The notes: generated by a model from the letters alone, not told the origin. DNA of 28,654 nucleotides from Candidatus Nanohalobium sp. (GCA_042217555.1 JBDGSL010000042.1:1-28654); one strand, 5' to 3'; positions 1-8,072 are shown, counted from the stretch's first letter. Made by a program: numbers and translations.

Positions 1-2
1 TT

Positions 3-1100
3 GACCTTGGTACGGATGGAGACATTGATTCCGTGAAGGTCACGTACAGTGAAGATGTAACGAACGTAGGAACTGACGAACTGAACATCAGCGGATCGAA
101 TTCAACTGACGCGAAGGAGACAAGTCCGGGAGTAGTAAGGTACAACCTATCAAGTGATGTATCCGGTACTTCTGCTACTCCAACAGTAGAGTTCACAGAG
201 AGCAATATCCAGGATGCGCAGGGAGGTTACGATCTTGCCTCCACGACTATTTCGGACGCCACTGACTCTGCAGCTCCGGTACTGCTTCACGCAGAGATCG
301 ACAGCAGCGCTTCAAGTAGCTCAGTTACGAATGTCAGTCTCAAGTTCTCCGAGAAAATCAGTTCAGGAACTGGAGATCTGACAACAGATCAGTCATCAAC
401 TGCACTAAATGTTGGATCCACTCCGAGCTCATCAACTGTAACGGCAACAGTCCAGGATGGATCGAACAATAACAAGGTTCTCCAGACTGGCGACAATCCG
501 ATGATTACGGATGCCTCAGTCTTGGGAGATGGAAGCAGTAATTCTGCAGTTCTTGAGAACAGGAACAATGTAGAGATTGACACGTTCAGAAGAACTCTCG
601 GCAGCGGTTGGAACTTTGTTTCCTTCCCGATTGCTGATACGACGACTCCAAAGATCTCAAACGTCATTGATACCTCCAACGTGAACGCAATCTGGAAGTA
701 CGATGACGGTCAGTGGATGAGTTACAAGCCAGGCAGGTCTGACAGCAAAAACGACTTCACGGAGTTTGAGGGAGGAGTCGGTTACCAGATCGATGCGTCC
801 AGTCAGTTCACGATTGCTCCGAACGTGAACAACGTGAAGACTACACAAGGCTTCGCCCAGGTACAGCTTGAGGAAGGCTACAACCTGGTTGGCCAGTTTG
901 AGGAGTTCAACCAAAACGCAGACGCAAACGGAGCGTTCGCAAGTATAGGAAGCAGCCTTGGAAGCGTCTACAAGCAGCAGACAGGCTTCCAGGTGACTGA
1001 CATTACCGGAACAACTGACGGAGCTAAGACAGGCAACGCTTACTGGGTGCAGACTGTTGGAGATCTTTCCGACGGCACTGTAGCCTACACGGCTAACTAG
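3..1100 (+). CDS. Cell-surface/S-layer-like protein, C-terminal part (5'-truncated by window edge)
   Basis: Frame is open from nt 3 (DLGTDGDIDSVKVT...), so the track start at 33 is probably internal. S/T/D/N-rich beta-type sequence with N-x-S/T sequons. Two C-terminal repeats (LGSGWNFVSFP...GVGY and LEEGYNLVG...GNAYWV) of a type common in archaeal surface proteins. Confidence 0.7.
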   Translation, partial: DLGTDGDIDSVKVTYSEDVTNVGTDELNISGSNSTDAKETSPGVVRYNLSSDVSGTSATPTVEFTESNIQDAQGGYDLASTTISDATDSAAPVLLHAEIDSSASSSSVTNVSLKFSEKISSGTGDLTTDQSSTALNVGSTPSSSTVTATVQDGSNNNKVLQTGDNPMITDASVLGDGSSNSAVLENRNNVEIDTFRRTLGSGWNFVSFPIADTTTPKISNVIDTSNVNAIWKYDDGQWMSYKPGRSDSKNDFTEFEGGVGYQIDASSQFTIAPNVNNVKTTQGFAQVQLEEGYNLVGQFEEFNQNADANGAFASIGSSLGSVYKQQTGFQVTDITGTTDGAKTGNAYWVQTVGDLSDGTVAYTAN

Positions 1101-1109
1101 AGGTGAAGA

Positions 1110-2702
1110 GTGATGAATAGAAAGCTCAAAGCCTCTATCCTTTCCCTCTTATTTTTGTCAGCTATGGCGTCAGCTGCAGCTGCTCCTCAGCCTCCTCACG
1201 AGGTCTACGGTACGGTCACGGATAACGGCGTACAGGCTCAGGGAGTTACTGTCGAGGCTGTCAGCAGTGGGAACGTGATTGTTTCCGACACGACTGATTC
1301 GAACGGTTACTACGAGTTGAAGGTTCCTTCCAACTACAGTTCTTTCGATCTGGTTGTCTCAGGTACGACCGAGAACCAGAGTATATCAGTCCAGAGCGGG
1401 AGGATTCAGGAGATAGATGTCTCCGGTGATTACATAAGTGATAACGGAGGGAACGGTTTGTCGGTGAGTGTTCCGGATGAGGCTGTGGAGGAGGGTTCAA
1501 GTGTTCAGGTTTCTCCAACAGTCAGTGATGCGGGCAGTAGTCCTTCTTACAGCTGGAGTATCGTCGGTGATAATCACGGTGCGACCCTAACCGGCGAGAA
1601 TCAGAGGACTGTTACTTTCCAGGCTCCGGATGATGTCAGCGGCGACGTTGATGTCTCGTTGAAGTTGACGGTTACGAAGTCCGGTGGTTCCTCGAAGTCG
1701 GCTACAGGTACTGTTACAGTCCTGAATACCACTGAGCAGCAGCCCGGTGGAGGTGCTGGTACAGGTGAGGGAACTGGCCAGGGTCAGCAGGGCCAGGCTC
1801 CAGAGCCGAAGCAGGTACAGGCTCAGACACAGAATGGGAAGTCGATAGCACAGATTCAGGGTGTTAAGGCGAATCAGCAGGTTCAGGTGACGATTCCTGA
1901 AACGCCAAGTCAGGATGGAGCAAACCCTGTTGAACAGGTAAGCCTCTCATCCTCCACAGATGCAGAAAGCGTTTCCGTAACAGTAGACGATCTTGGAACT
2001 GATAGACCTGAAACAGTCTCGGAAGATGCTGGTGCAGAGGTCTACAGCTACCAGCAGATCAGTGTTGAAGGAGTTGAAGACAGGAACATTCAGGAATCAA
2101 CTATCAACTTCAGAGTTCAGAAAAGCTTCCTTGATGAGAAAGGTAGAAGCCCTGAGGATGTAGTGATGAAACGCTATCACAACAGTGAGTGGCAGAGCCT
2201 GGACACAAGAGTCAGTGAGGAACTTGACAACGCCTACAGATTCAAGGCAAGTTCGACAGGTTTCTCCTACTACGCAATCGCACTTCAGGAACAGCAGAAC
2301 CAGACACAGGGAGAGCCAAACATCCAGACCACTTCACTGAGTGTTCAGCCTTCAGAGGGAACTCCTCCGTTCGATGTAACAATCGATGTAACAGTCAAGA
2401 ACTCCGGAAACGCTGAAGGAAGCAAAGCGGTCAAGGTCAAGCTCGGAGACGAAGTCATCAGATCCGAGACCGTCAGCCTTGAAGCCGGAGAGGAAAGAAC
2501 TCTCAGCTACAACTACACGGTAGAACAGTCTGGAAGCCTATCCTTCTCGGCAGGCAACCAGTCAACAACGGTCGAAGCCTCTCAGAAAGGAACATCGGTG
2601 CTTCCTGTAGCAGTCGCACTACTGATAGCAGCAATCTTAGCCGTGGTTGGCTACACTCAGAGAGAAGTTATTCAAAGCAAGATTGAAGAACTCAGAGAGT
2701 AA
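1110..2702 (+). CDS. PGF-pre-PGF domain cell-surface protein with carboxypeptidase-regulatory-like, PKD-like and CARDB-like domains and a C-terminal membrane anchor
   Basis: SD-like GAGGTGA just upstream; start at GTG 1110 or ATG 1113. N-terminal signal peptide, YGTV...TDSNGYY, YSWS, INFRV.KSFL...RYHNSEW..L.T...A.STGFSYYAI, V.N.G..EG, and a hydrophobic helix near the C-terminus. Confidence 0.8.
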   Translation: MMNRKLKASILSLLFLSAMASAAAAPQPPHEVYGTVTDNGVQAQGVTVEAVSSGNVIVSDTTDSNGYYELKVPSNYSSFDLVVSGTTENQSISVQSGRIQEIDVSGDYISDNGGNGLSVSVPDEAVEEGSSVQVSPTVSDAGSSPSYSWSIVGDNHGATLTGENQRTVTFQAPDDVSGDVDVSLKLTVTKSGGSSKSATGTVTVLNTTEQQPGGGAGTGEGTGQGQQGQAPEPKQVQAQTQNGKSIAQIQGVKANQQVQVTIPETPSQDGANPVEQVSLSSSTDAESVSVTVDDLGTDRPETVSEDAGAEVYSYQQISVEGVEDRNIQESTINFRVQKSFLDEKGRSPEDVVMKRYHNSEWQSLDTRVSEELDNAYRFKASSTGFSYYAIALQEQQNQTQGEPNIQTTSLSVQPSEGTPPFDVTIDVTVKNSGNAEGSKAVKVKLGDEVIRSETVSLEAGEERTLSYNYTVEQSGSLSFSAGNQSTTVEASQKGTSVLPVAVALLIAAILAVVGYTQREVIQSKIEELRE

Positions 2703-2760
2703 AAAACTCTCAAACACATTTCCTTCCCTTCTTTATTCTATTTCCCCGGTGAACCAAAAA

Positions 2761-2877
2761 ATGGAGCTTTCAGATGAAGAAAAAGAAACCGTAGAAAGTA
2801 TAGCTGAGAACAATAGAGAAGCTCCTGATCAGAAATTAGTTGTTCGGCTGCGAAAGTTTTTGGATGGTTTAAGGTAG
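2761..2877 (+). CDS. 38-aa charged peptide, possible antitoxin or antitoxin remnant
   Basis: ATG at 2761 gives MELSDEEKETVESIAENNREAPDQKLVVRLRKFLDGLR. Lies directly upstream of the RelE-like gene; the IAENNRE segment resembles IAEEDKE of the 3651..3764 peptide. Confidence 0.35.
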   Translation: MELSDEEKETVESIAENNREAPDQKLVVRLRKFLDGLR

Positions 2878-2932
2878 TCCGAATGTATCAGAATTTTTTA
2901 CTATTATTAATGGGTTTCTGTAAGTTCACTGT

Positions 2933-3304
2933 ATGGGTTTCAGTCTTCTCTGGAGTGATGAGGATATTGAGGATGCTTCGGATGATTTCAGTTATCAGAT
3001 TGCCAGAGACCTTGAGAATGCTTTAGAAAGCAAGGAGAGCGAGGTTAAGTGGAGTAAGAATATGGCTCAGCTTTCCAGAAGATTCCAGGATATGTTTAAC
3101 CTTGATGATTTAACTGTGGCGGAGATCCGTTTCTCGTCTATGAGTGCAGAGTATCGGGCTTTGTGCGTAGTTATCCCTGATGAACAGGCTATAGTGTATT
3201 ACGATCTTGTGCCGAAGAAAGGCAGTTACCAGGAACGAAGACTTGAAATTATGAGAGAAAATAGCGAAAATATCGAAGAAGCTATTCGGAAGAATATTCT
3301 TTGA
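2933..3304 (+). CDS. Hypothetical protein, possible RelE/ParE-superfamily toxin
   Basis: 123-aa acidic ORF. N-terminal strand and helices, then EIRF...YRALCVV...IVYYDLVPKK, which matches the RelE-type three-strand pattern. TA-island context. Confidence 0.45.
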   Translation: MGFSLLWSDEDIEDASDDFSYQIARDLENALESKESEVKWSKNMAQLSRRFQDMFNLDDLTVAEIRFSSMSAEYRALCVVIPDEQAIVYYDLVPKKGSYQERRLEIMRENSENIEEAIRKNIL

Positions 3305-3413
3305 GCTTATCCTTGAACCTTTCAAAAGCCCTGTCCGCTCTCTCCTCAAGTTCCTCGTCAGAAAGATTATTCAGCTTCTCTACAGGATCATCTTTCTCAA
3401 CAGTCTCCGGCAT
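3282..3413 (-). CDS. 43-aa acidic helical peptide, candidate antitoxin (not in ORF track)
   Basis: Hand translation: MPETVEKDDPVEKLNNLSDEELEERADRAFERFKDKLKEYSSE. Halophile-type composition; convergent with and overlapping the 3' end of 2933..3304. Confidence 0.55.
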   Translation of the reverse strand: MPETVEKDDPVEKLNNLSDEELEERADRAFERFKDKLKEYSSE

Positions 3414-3496
3414 ACATCTACAGTGAATGTTCACACTTAATATCTTTATGGTTGAGAACAAGATCTTTCGAGATTAGAATAGCCTATTGTAATTTT

Positions 3497-3637
3497 AGTA
3501 GGGTTAAATGCACACTGCAGTGGGTAAAAAGTAGGGTTAAATCAAAAATCGTAAATTGCGTTCAGTTGAGAGAACGCAAATCGGGGTTTGCGTGTTATGA
3601 GTTGAACGAGAAGTACTGTAGAAGCAACTTCAAAAAA
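3497..3637. repeat. Direct repeat copy 1 (3530..3637 identical to 6456..6563; diverged extension back to 3497)
   Basis: 108-bp exact match by eye. AGTAGGGTTAAA boxes at 3497 and 3530; internal hairpin TTGCGTTC-N8-GAACGCAA. Confidence 0.95.
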
Positions 3638-3650
3638 ATCTACAGGATAT

Positions 3651-3764
3651 TTATTCGAGTTTTTTGAGTACTTCTTTGTCTTCTTCGGCTATTTCCCGTA
3701 GTTCTTCACGCCGTTCTATGTCTTCCTTCACTTCCTCGACTTTCTGTTTTAGTTCTTTGTTCAT
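3651..3764 (-). CDS. 37-aa peptide, probable antitoxin of the adjacent Fic/Doc toxin (not in ORF track)
   Basis: MNKELKQKVEEVKEDIERREELREIAEEDKEVLKKLE with SD-like AGGTGA upstream. The C-terminal helix resembles Doc-neutralising antitoxin tails. Same strand, just downstream of the Fic gene. Confidence 0.65.
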   Translation of the reverse strand: MNKELKQKVEEVKEDIERREELREIAEEDKEVLKKLE

Positions 3765-3801
3765 TCGAACTCACCTGTTTTGATCCAAGTAGCTACTTGG
3801 T

Positions 3802-4200
3802 CTATATCTTTAAATTTGGCTCGAAGATTCTGGTAAAATCTTCTGCGAGAAAATCTGTAGAGATTTTCGATTCCCATTTTAAGTCTTCTTCTATACTTTC
3901 GAAGTCCTTTATCTCTGTTACGAGCATCTTCTCATCGTTCTTTCTCAGTGCTTGTTTGGCTACTATCCACATCGTTCTGTGATTGCCATCGTTGAATGGG
4001 TGTTTGTTGATTCCCTCGACTAAGACTGCAGCAGCGATCTTGAACGGGTCTTCATATTCCTCCGTAGCTTCGACTATGTCCAAAATGTTTTGGATACCTT
4101 TGTCGGTAGAACCTTTCAGCCCACCAGTTCTTACTTCGCTTATCTGACCTGCTATATCGTGAGCGTTAACAAAATCTTCTAAATCCGGACGCCAAACCAT
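3802..4200 (-). CDS. Fic/Doc family toxin
   Basis: HPFNDGNHRT motif preceded by KIAAAVL; N-terminal AHD..; 132 aa is typical of stand-alone Doc-like toxins. Confidence 0.85.
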   Translation of the reverse strand: MVWRPDLEDFVNAHDIAGQISEVRTGGLKGSTDKGIQNILDIVEATEEYEDPFKIAAAVLVEGINKHPFNDGNHRTMWIVAKQALRKNDEKMLVTEIKDFESIEEDLKWESKISTDFLAEDFTRIFEPNLKI

Positions 4201-4266
4201 AGAACTAATTTACCAAACCTCTTACAAAAAGTTATTTTTCGCCGTACCCGAGTTGGGCTTTTATTC

Positions 4267-4635
4267 CTAGAATTCTTCTACTTGGAGGTCTTCTACTCTG
4301 TTGAAGTGCTGGTCGTTTGTCAGGATTTTCTCGTTCAGGTGTCGTGCCGTTCCTGCTATCAGATAGTCTATTGAACCTATGGGTTCTCCCTTGCGGTTGA
4401 GTTTCTTCCTTATCCTTGCCGCCTCTTTTTCTACTGCTGGCGTCATTTCTGCCCTGTTCAGCTTGTTTTCGATTGTTCTGGCCTTGTCTTTGGAATCTAG
4501 TCCTGTGTAAAGCTTGTACAGTGCACCTGGCGGTATCATTAAAGGTTCTTTCCTGTTCCTCAGTTCTTTCAGTTTTTCCAGAGCATCTTCTCTATCTTCC
4601 AGGAGGTCTATCAGAAAATTAGTGTCCAGTATCAT
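4267..4635 (-). CDS. vapC: VapC-type PIN domain toxin
   Basis: MILDTNFLID, IDYLIAGTA and ILTNDQHF motifs; ATGA overlap with the upstream antitoxin gene. Confidence 0.9.
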   Translation of the reverse strand: MILDTNFLIDLLEDREDALEKLKELRNRKEPLMIPPGALYKLYTGLDSKDKARTIENKLNRAEMTPAVEKEAARIRKKLNRKGEPIGSIDYLIAGTARHLNEKILTNDQHFNRVEDLQVEEF

Positions 4636-4874
4636 CTCTTTTCTGTGCCTCTATATCTTCCTTCCATCTCTTTAATTCTTTCCCTAGCTTTCTCTGCTTC
4701 TTCATGGCTTACAGAGCCAGCAAGATCTTCAAGTGTTTCATAGTCTCTCTCCATCTCATTTCTCAAGGCTTTCCGGATAAAATCTGATCTGTTCTTGTAA
4801 CCTGGGATCTTCTCGACGAACTTGTCTACTATACTCTTCTCCTCTTCCGGAATGTTAACAGCAACCTTCGACAT
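4632..4874 (-). CDS. vapB: Ribbon-helix-helix antitoxin (VapB-type)
   Basis: KVAVNIP...YKNRSDFIRKALR RHH pattern and LEDLAGSVS.EEA tail; translationally coupled to the PIN gene. Confidence 0.85.
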   Translation of the reverse strand: MSKVAVNIPEEEKSIVDKFVEKIPGYKNRSDFIRKALRNEMERDYETLEDLAGSVSHEEAEKARERIKEMEGRYRGTEKR

Positions 4875-5106
4875 AACCAGATAATACGGCTGTATTATTT
4901 TAAATCTGTCGACCGGAAGACCGTTCTCAATCCTTGCAAAAAATCCTTCATGAACACGAAAGAATACTTGCAGAAAGGTGAAAACGAAGAGGTGCGGTTA
5001 TCGGAGGATGAAAAGACTACACCGAGCCACTGGCGCATACGCCGCGCCGAAAACAGGTTGAGGAACCTTGAGAGCAGCGAAGTCAGGCATAATCTCGAAA
5101 CCTTCT

Positions 5107-6378
5107 CTATATTATTTCTTCCAGCTTGTACAGGAACTTGGTGTATGGTATGAACTCTACCTGTGTATTTTCTATTTCCACTGTTTCTTCCAGTGAAATA
5201 TTGACTACTACTGCTTTTTCCGGACTGTATTTTTTGATGAAGCTTCGCATTGATTTCGTAACCTTTGGTTCATCCAGTTCTTTGTACTTTGCTTCTACAG
5301 GTAGTTTTACGGCGTTGCCTGCGGAGAGGACGAAGTCTACTTCAGCCCGGGACTTGGTTCTCCAGTAATTCACGTTAAGGCCTGTATGCTGCGTCTCCTG
5401 CTTCAGGAAGTTATGGATGAAGGCTTCGAACAGTTCTCCAAACTCTGAAGGAGTATTCAGGTGTCCGAACCTCTGTATTGAATAGTTCCTGAGTCCTGGA
5501 TCTGAGAAGTAGACTATCGGCGATTTCGTGATCTCTTTCTTTTTATTGGTGTAGAAAGGGTTCGTCTGCTCTACTATGAAGGTCTTGTCCAGGTAGGCCA
5601 GGTAGTTTCTGACTGTCGTGGATTTTACTCCGACATCTCTTGCCAGCTTGGAGTAGCTGACAGGGTCGCCCATCTGATCGGAGAGAACTGATACAAGCTT
5701 GGAGTAAGCATCTACTTTCCTGACATTCAGGAAGCTGGATACATCTCTCTCCAGGTAGCTGGAGAATATTTCATCGATAACTCTGCGTTTCTCACTTTCC
5801 TTCGATTCAGTTACTACACGGGGGTAGCCGCCGTAGTTCAAGTACTGCTTTAGTAGACGATCTGCCTCGTCCTTGTTAACTTCGAAGTATTTCTCAAGTC
5901 TGTCCTCATATTCATAATCTGTTTCGTAGTTCACAAACTCTTTGAACGAGACCGTCGGTAGTTCGAAGACTCTTTTCCGCCCAGCCAGAGACTCGTGGAT
6001 GTTCTCTTTCAGTTCAAGACTGCCTGAACCTGAGACTACAAACTTGTATGGTAGTTCTCGGTCATAGATTCCTTTCAGGAACAGTCCTGCGTTTTCCTTT
6101 CTCTGGATTTCGTCAAGGAAAACATACCCTTTTTCTTCCCTGAACTCCAGTTCGACTCTGTCGATTAAATCCTGCTGTGACTCGAAATGTGTCCGGTCTT
6201 CCTGTATATCCATACTGAGGTAGAGAGTGTTCTCACCGTCTTCCTCCAGTTCCGATTTTAGTTGCTGCATCAGGGTGGTTTTACCGACCTGTCTCGCACC
6301 TACAATCAGCGAAATTTCGTCTTTTTCCAGATGGTTCTCCACCTTATCCAGCATCCCTCTTTTGATATACTCTGTCAT
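5107..6378 (-). CDS. AAA-family ATPase (AAA_14 + winged helix + DUF4143 with PD-(D/E)xK-like tail)
   Basis: Walker A GARQVGKT, Walker B VFLDEIQ, SGS, LAGR, YGGYP, YFSDPGL, YWR...EVDFV...PVEAK. Confidence 0.9.
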   Translation of the reverse strand: MTEYIKRGMLDKVENHLEKDEISLIVGARQVGKTTLMQQLKSELEEDGENTLYLSMDIQEDRTHFESQQDLIDRVELEFREEKGYVFLDEIQRKENAGLFLKGIYDRELPYKFVVSGSGSLELKENIHESLAGRKRVFELPTVSFKEFVNYETDYEYEDRLEKYFEVNKDEADRLLKQYLNYGGYPRVVTESKESEKRRVIDEIFSSYLERDVSSFLNVRKVDAYSKLVSVLSDQMGDPVSYSKLARDVGVKSTTVRNYLAYLDKTFIVEQTNPFYTNKKKEITKSPIVYFSDPGLRNYSIQRFGHLNTPSEFGELFEAFIHNFLKQETQHTGLNVNYWRTKSRAEVDFVLSAGNAVKLPVEAKYKELDEPKVTKSMRSFIKKYSPEKAVVVNISLEETVEIENTQVEFIPYTKFLYKLEEII

Positions 6379-6422
6379 AACGGGTATTTAGTGGAGAAGA
6401 CTTAAACATTTAACGGCAAAAT

Positions 6423-6563
6423 AGTAGGGTAAAAAGCATACCGCAGTGTCAATTTAGTAGGGTTAAATCAAAAATCGTAAATTGCGTTCAGTTGAGAGAA
6501 CGCAAATCGGGGTTTGCGTGTTATGAGTTGAACGAGAAGTACTGTAGAAGCAACTTCAAAAAA
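6423..6563. repeat. Direct repeat copy 2
   Basis: 6456..6563 is identical to 3530..3637. AGTAGGGT boxes at 6423 and 6456, and a degenerate one at 6390. Confidence 0.95.
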
Positions 6564-6615
6564 TCTATAGAGAGTATTTATGGTCTGTCGGTTTTTTCTT
6601 CTCTCTGGTTCTGGG

Positions 6616-6624
6616 TTTTTATAA
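6616..6624 (+). promoter_or_regulatory. Putative TATA box of the ribosomal protein operon
   Basis: TTTTTATAA about 160 nt upstream of rpl18e; position only, no TSS data. Confidence 0.4.
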
Positions 6625-6781
6625 CTTTTCGGTTAACTTCTGGTTTATACCGGTAAGTGGCTGAACTGAGGACCAAAAAGTCTTCTTGAGCGGAAGGCTC
6701 TCCGAGTCTTCATGACTGGAGACCTATGGTCTTCTGAAGTAGAAGACTTGTAAGTCTTCAATGCCGCGAGGTGTGTTATTT

Positions 6782-7132
6782 ATGGATAAAAAATTTGATT
6801 CGACGAATCCAGTGCTTTTGGAAACTATCGAACTGCTTCAGGAGCAGGATGTTCCTGTCTGGAGTAGTGTTGCGGAAAATCTTGGTAAGGTTAACAGGGA
6901 TCGTGCAGAGGTCAACCTTTCGGATATTGAGAGGGTTGCTGAGGACGGTGATACGGTTGTTGTACCGGGTAAGGTTCTCGGCAGTGGTTATCTGAACAGG
7001 GAGGTTACGGTTGCGGCCTTCAAGGTTTCCGACTCTGCAAGAGGCCAGATTGAGGATGAAGGCGAGTTCATGTTTATCCGTGACCTGGTTGATGAAAATC
7101 CTGAAGGTACTGGTGTTAAGGTGGTAAAATGA
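6782..7132 (+). CDS. rpl18e: 50S ribosomal protein L18e
   Basis: TNP.L...VNLS.I.R...VVVPGKVLGSG...VAA..S.SA. SD-like GAGGTG at 6768 favours ATG 6782. Confidence 0.95.
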   Translation: MDKKFDSTNPVLLETIELLQEQDVPVWSSVAENLGKVNRDRAEVNLSDIERVAEDGDTVVVPGKVLGSGYLNREVTVAAFKVSDSARGQIEDEGEFMFIRDLVDENPEGTGVKVVK

Positions 7133-7542
7133 AGGTAGTTGATGCTGAAGGAATGGTTCTTGGGCGGCTTGCTTCAGAGGTTGCGCAGTACGCCAGGGAC
7201 GGCGAGGAAGTTAGAGTGGTTAACTCTGAAAAGGCTGTTATCTCCGGTGATGAAGAGGAGGTCAAGGCTGATTACATGCAGAAGCATGAGAGGGGTAGAA
7301 GGGATAGAGGCCCTTACTTCCCGAAGAGAGCTGACAAGATCCTGAAGCGTACGGTGAGAAACATGCTTCCGGACGGCTCCGATGGAAGAGATACACGTTC
7401 CAGGGTAAGAACTTATCTTGGTGTTCCGGATCAGATGGAAGATGAGGTTGAGGAAGTGGATGTTAAGTCCGGTGACGAGTTGAAGCATCGTAACTATGTA
7501 AAGCTTGGTGAAGTATCTGAACATATCGGAGGTGGAAACTGA
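7129..7542 (+). CDS. rpl13: 50S ribosomal protein L13
   Basis: VVDA...LGRLAS.VA, GPYFPKR.D.I.KRTVR.MLP; conserved operon order. Confidence 0.95.
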   Translation: MKVVDAEGMVLGRLASEVAQYARDGEEVRVVNSEKAVISGDEEEVKADYMQKHERGRRDRGPYFPKRADKILKRTVRNMLPDGSDGRDTRSRVRTYLGVPDQMEDEVEEVDVKSGDELKHRNYVKLGEVSEHIGGGN

Positions 7543-7943
7543 TGGCAACACATACTTCTGGAAAGAGGAAGACAGCAAAGGCACGGGCCACGGTCAGTGA
7601 AGGAGATGGAACCCTCCGAATTAACTCTCGGCCTCTACATACTTACAGAGAGATGTTCCAGAGAAGGGTTGAGGAACCTTTAACTATCGCCGGTGAGGAA
7701 GTCTTCGGAGACCTTGAAATCGAGGTTGATACTGAGGGTGGAGGAATCCAGGCTCAGGCAGAAGCTGCAAGGATGGCAGTTGCGAGAGGCCTCGTTGAGT
7801 ACACCGGAAGCGATGAACTTGAAAGAGAGTTCAGGGATTATGACAGGAACATGATGGTCGAAGATCCGAGACGTACAGAGACGAGAAAACCTTCGCAGTC
7901 CTCAAAAGGTGCGAGACACAAACAGCAGAAATCCTACAGATAG
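7542..7943 (+). CDS. rps9: 30S ribosomal protein S9
   Basis: SGKRKTA.A, GGG..QAEA.R.A.AR, C-terminal QKSYR. Confidence 0.97.
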   Translation: MATHTSGKRKTAKARATVSEGDGTLRINSRPLHTYREMFQRRVEEPLTIAGEEVFGDLEIEVDTEGGGIQAQAEAARMAVARGLVEYTGSDELEREFRDYDRNMMVEDPRRTETRKPSQSSKGARHKQQKSYR

Positions 7944-8072
7944 GCGTGTTACGCTATATGCGAAACTCATAGAGTTTCAGCCTACGCACAAAATCTTCGA
8001 TTTTGGAGTACAACGCAATAGAGCATTCACCGAATGCACTCTACAAACAAAAGGAGGTGACAAACTTAATCT

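Noticed and set aside
3497..3541. AGTAGGGTTAAA boxes as a mini-CRISPR
   Set aside because: The repeat is only about 12 bp with 2-3 units, the spacers in the two copies resemble each other, and there are no cas genes in the window.
3452..3667. 71-aa ORF across repeat copy 1
   Set aside because: Basic and Cys-rich, unlike the acidic proteome; runs through a non-coding repeat.
4950..5153. 67-aa ORF between vapB and the ATPase
   Set aside because: No motif, and it overlaps the ATPase 3' end on the opposite strand; may be a gene remnant but cannot be supported.
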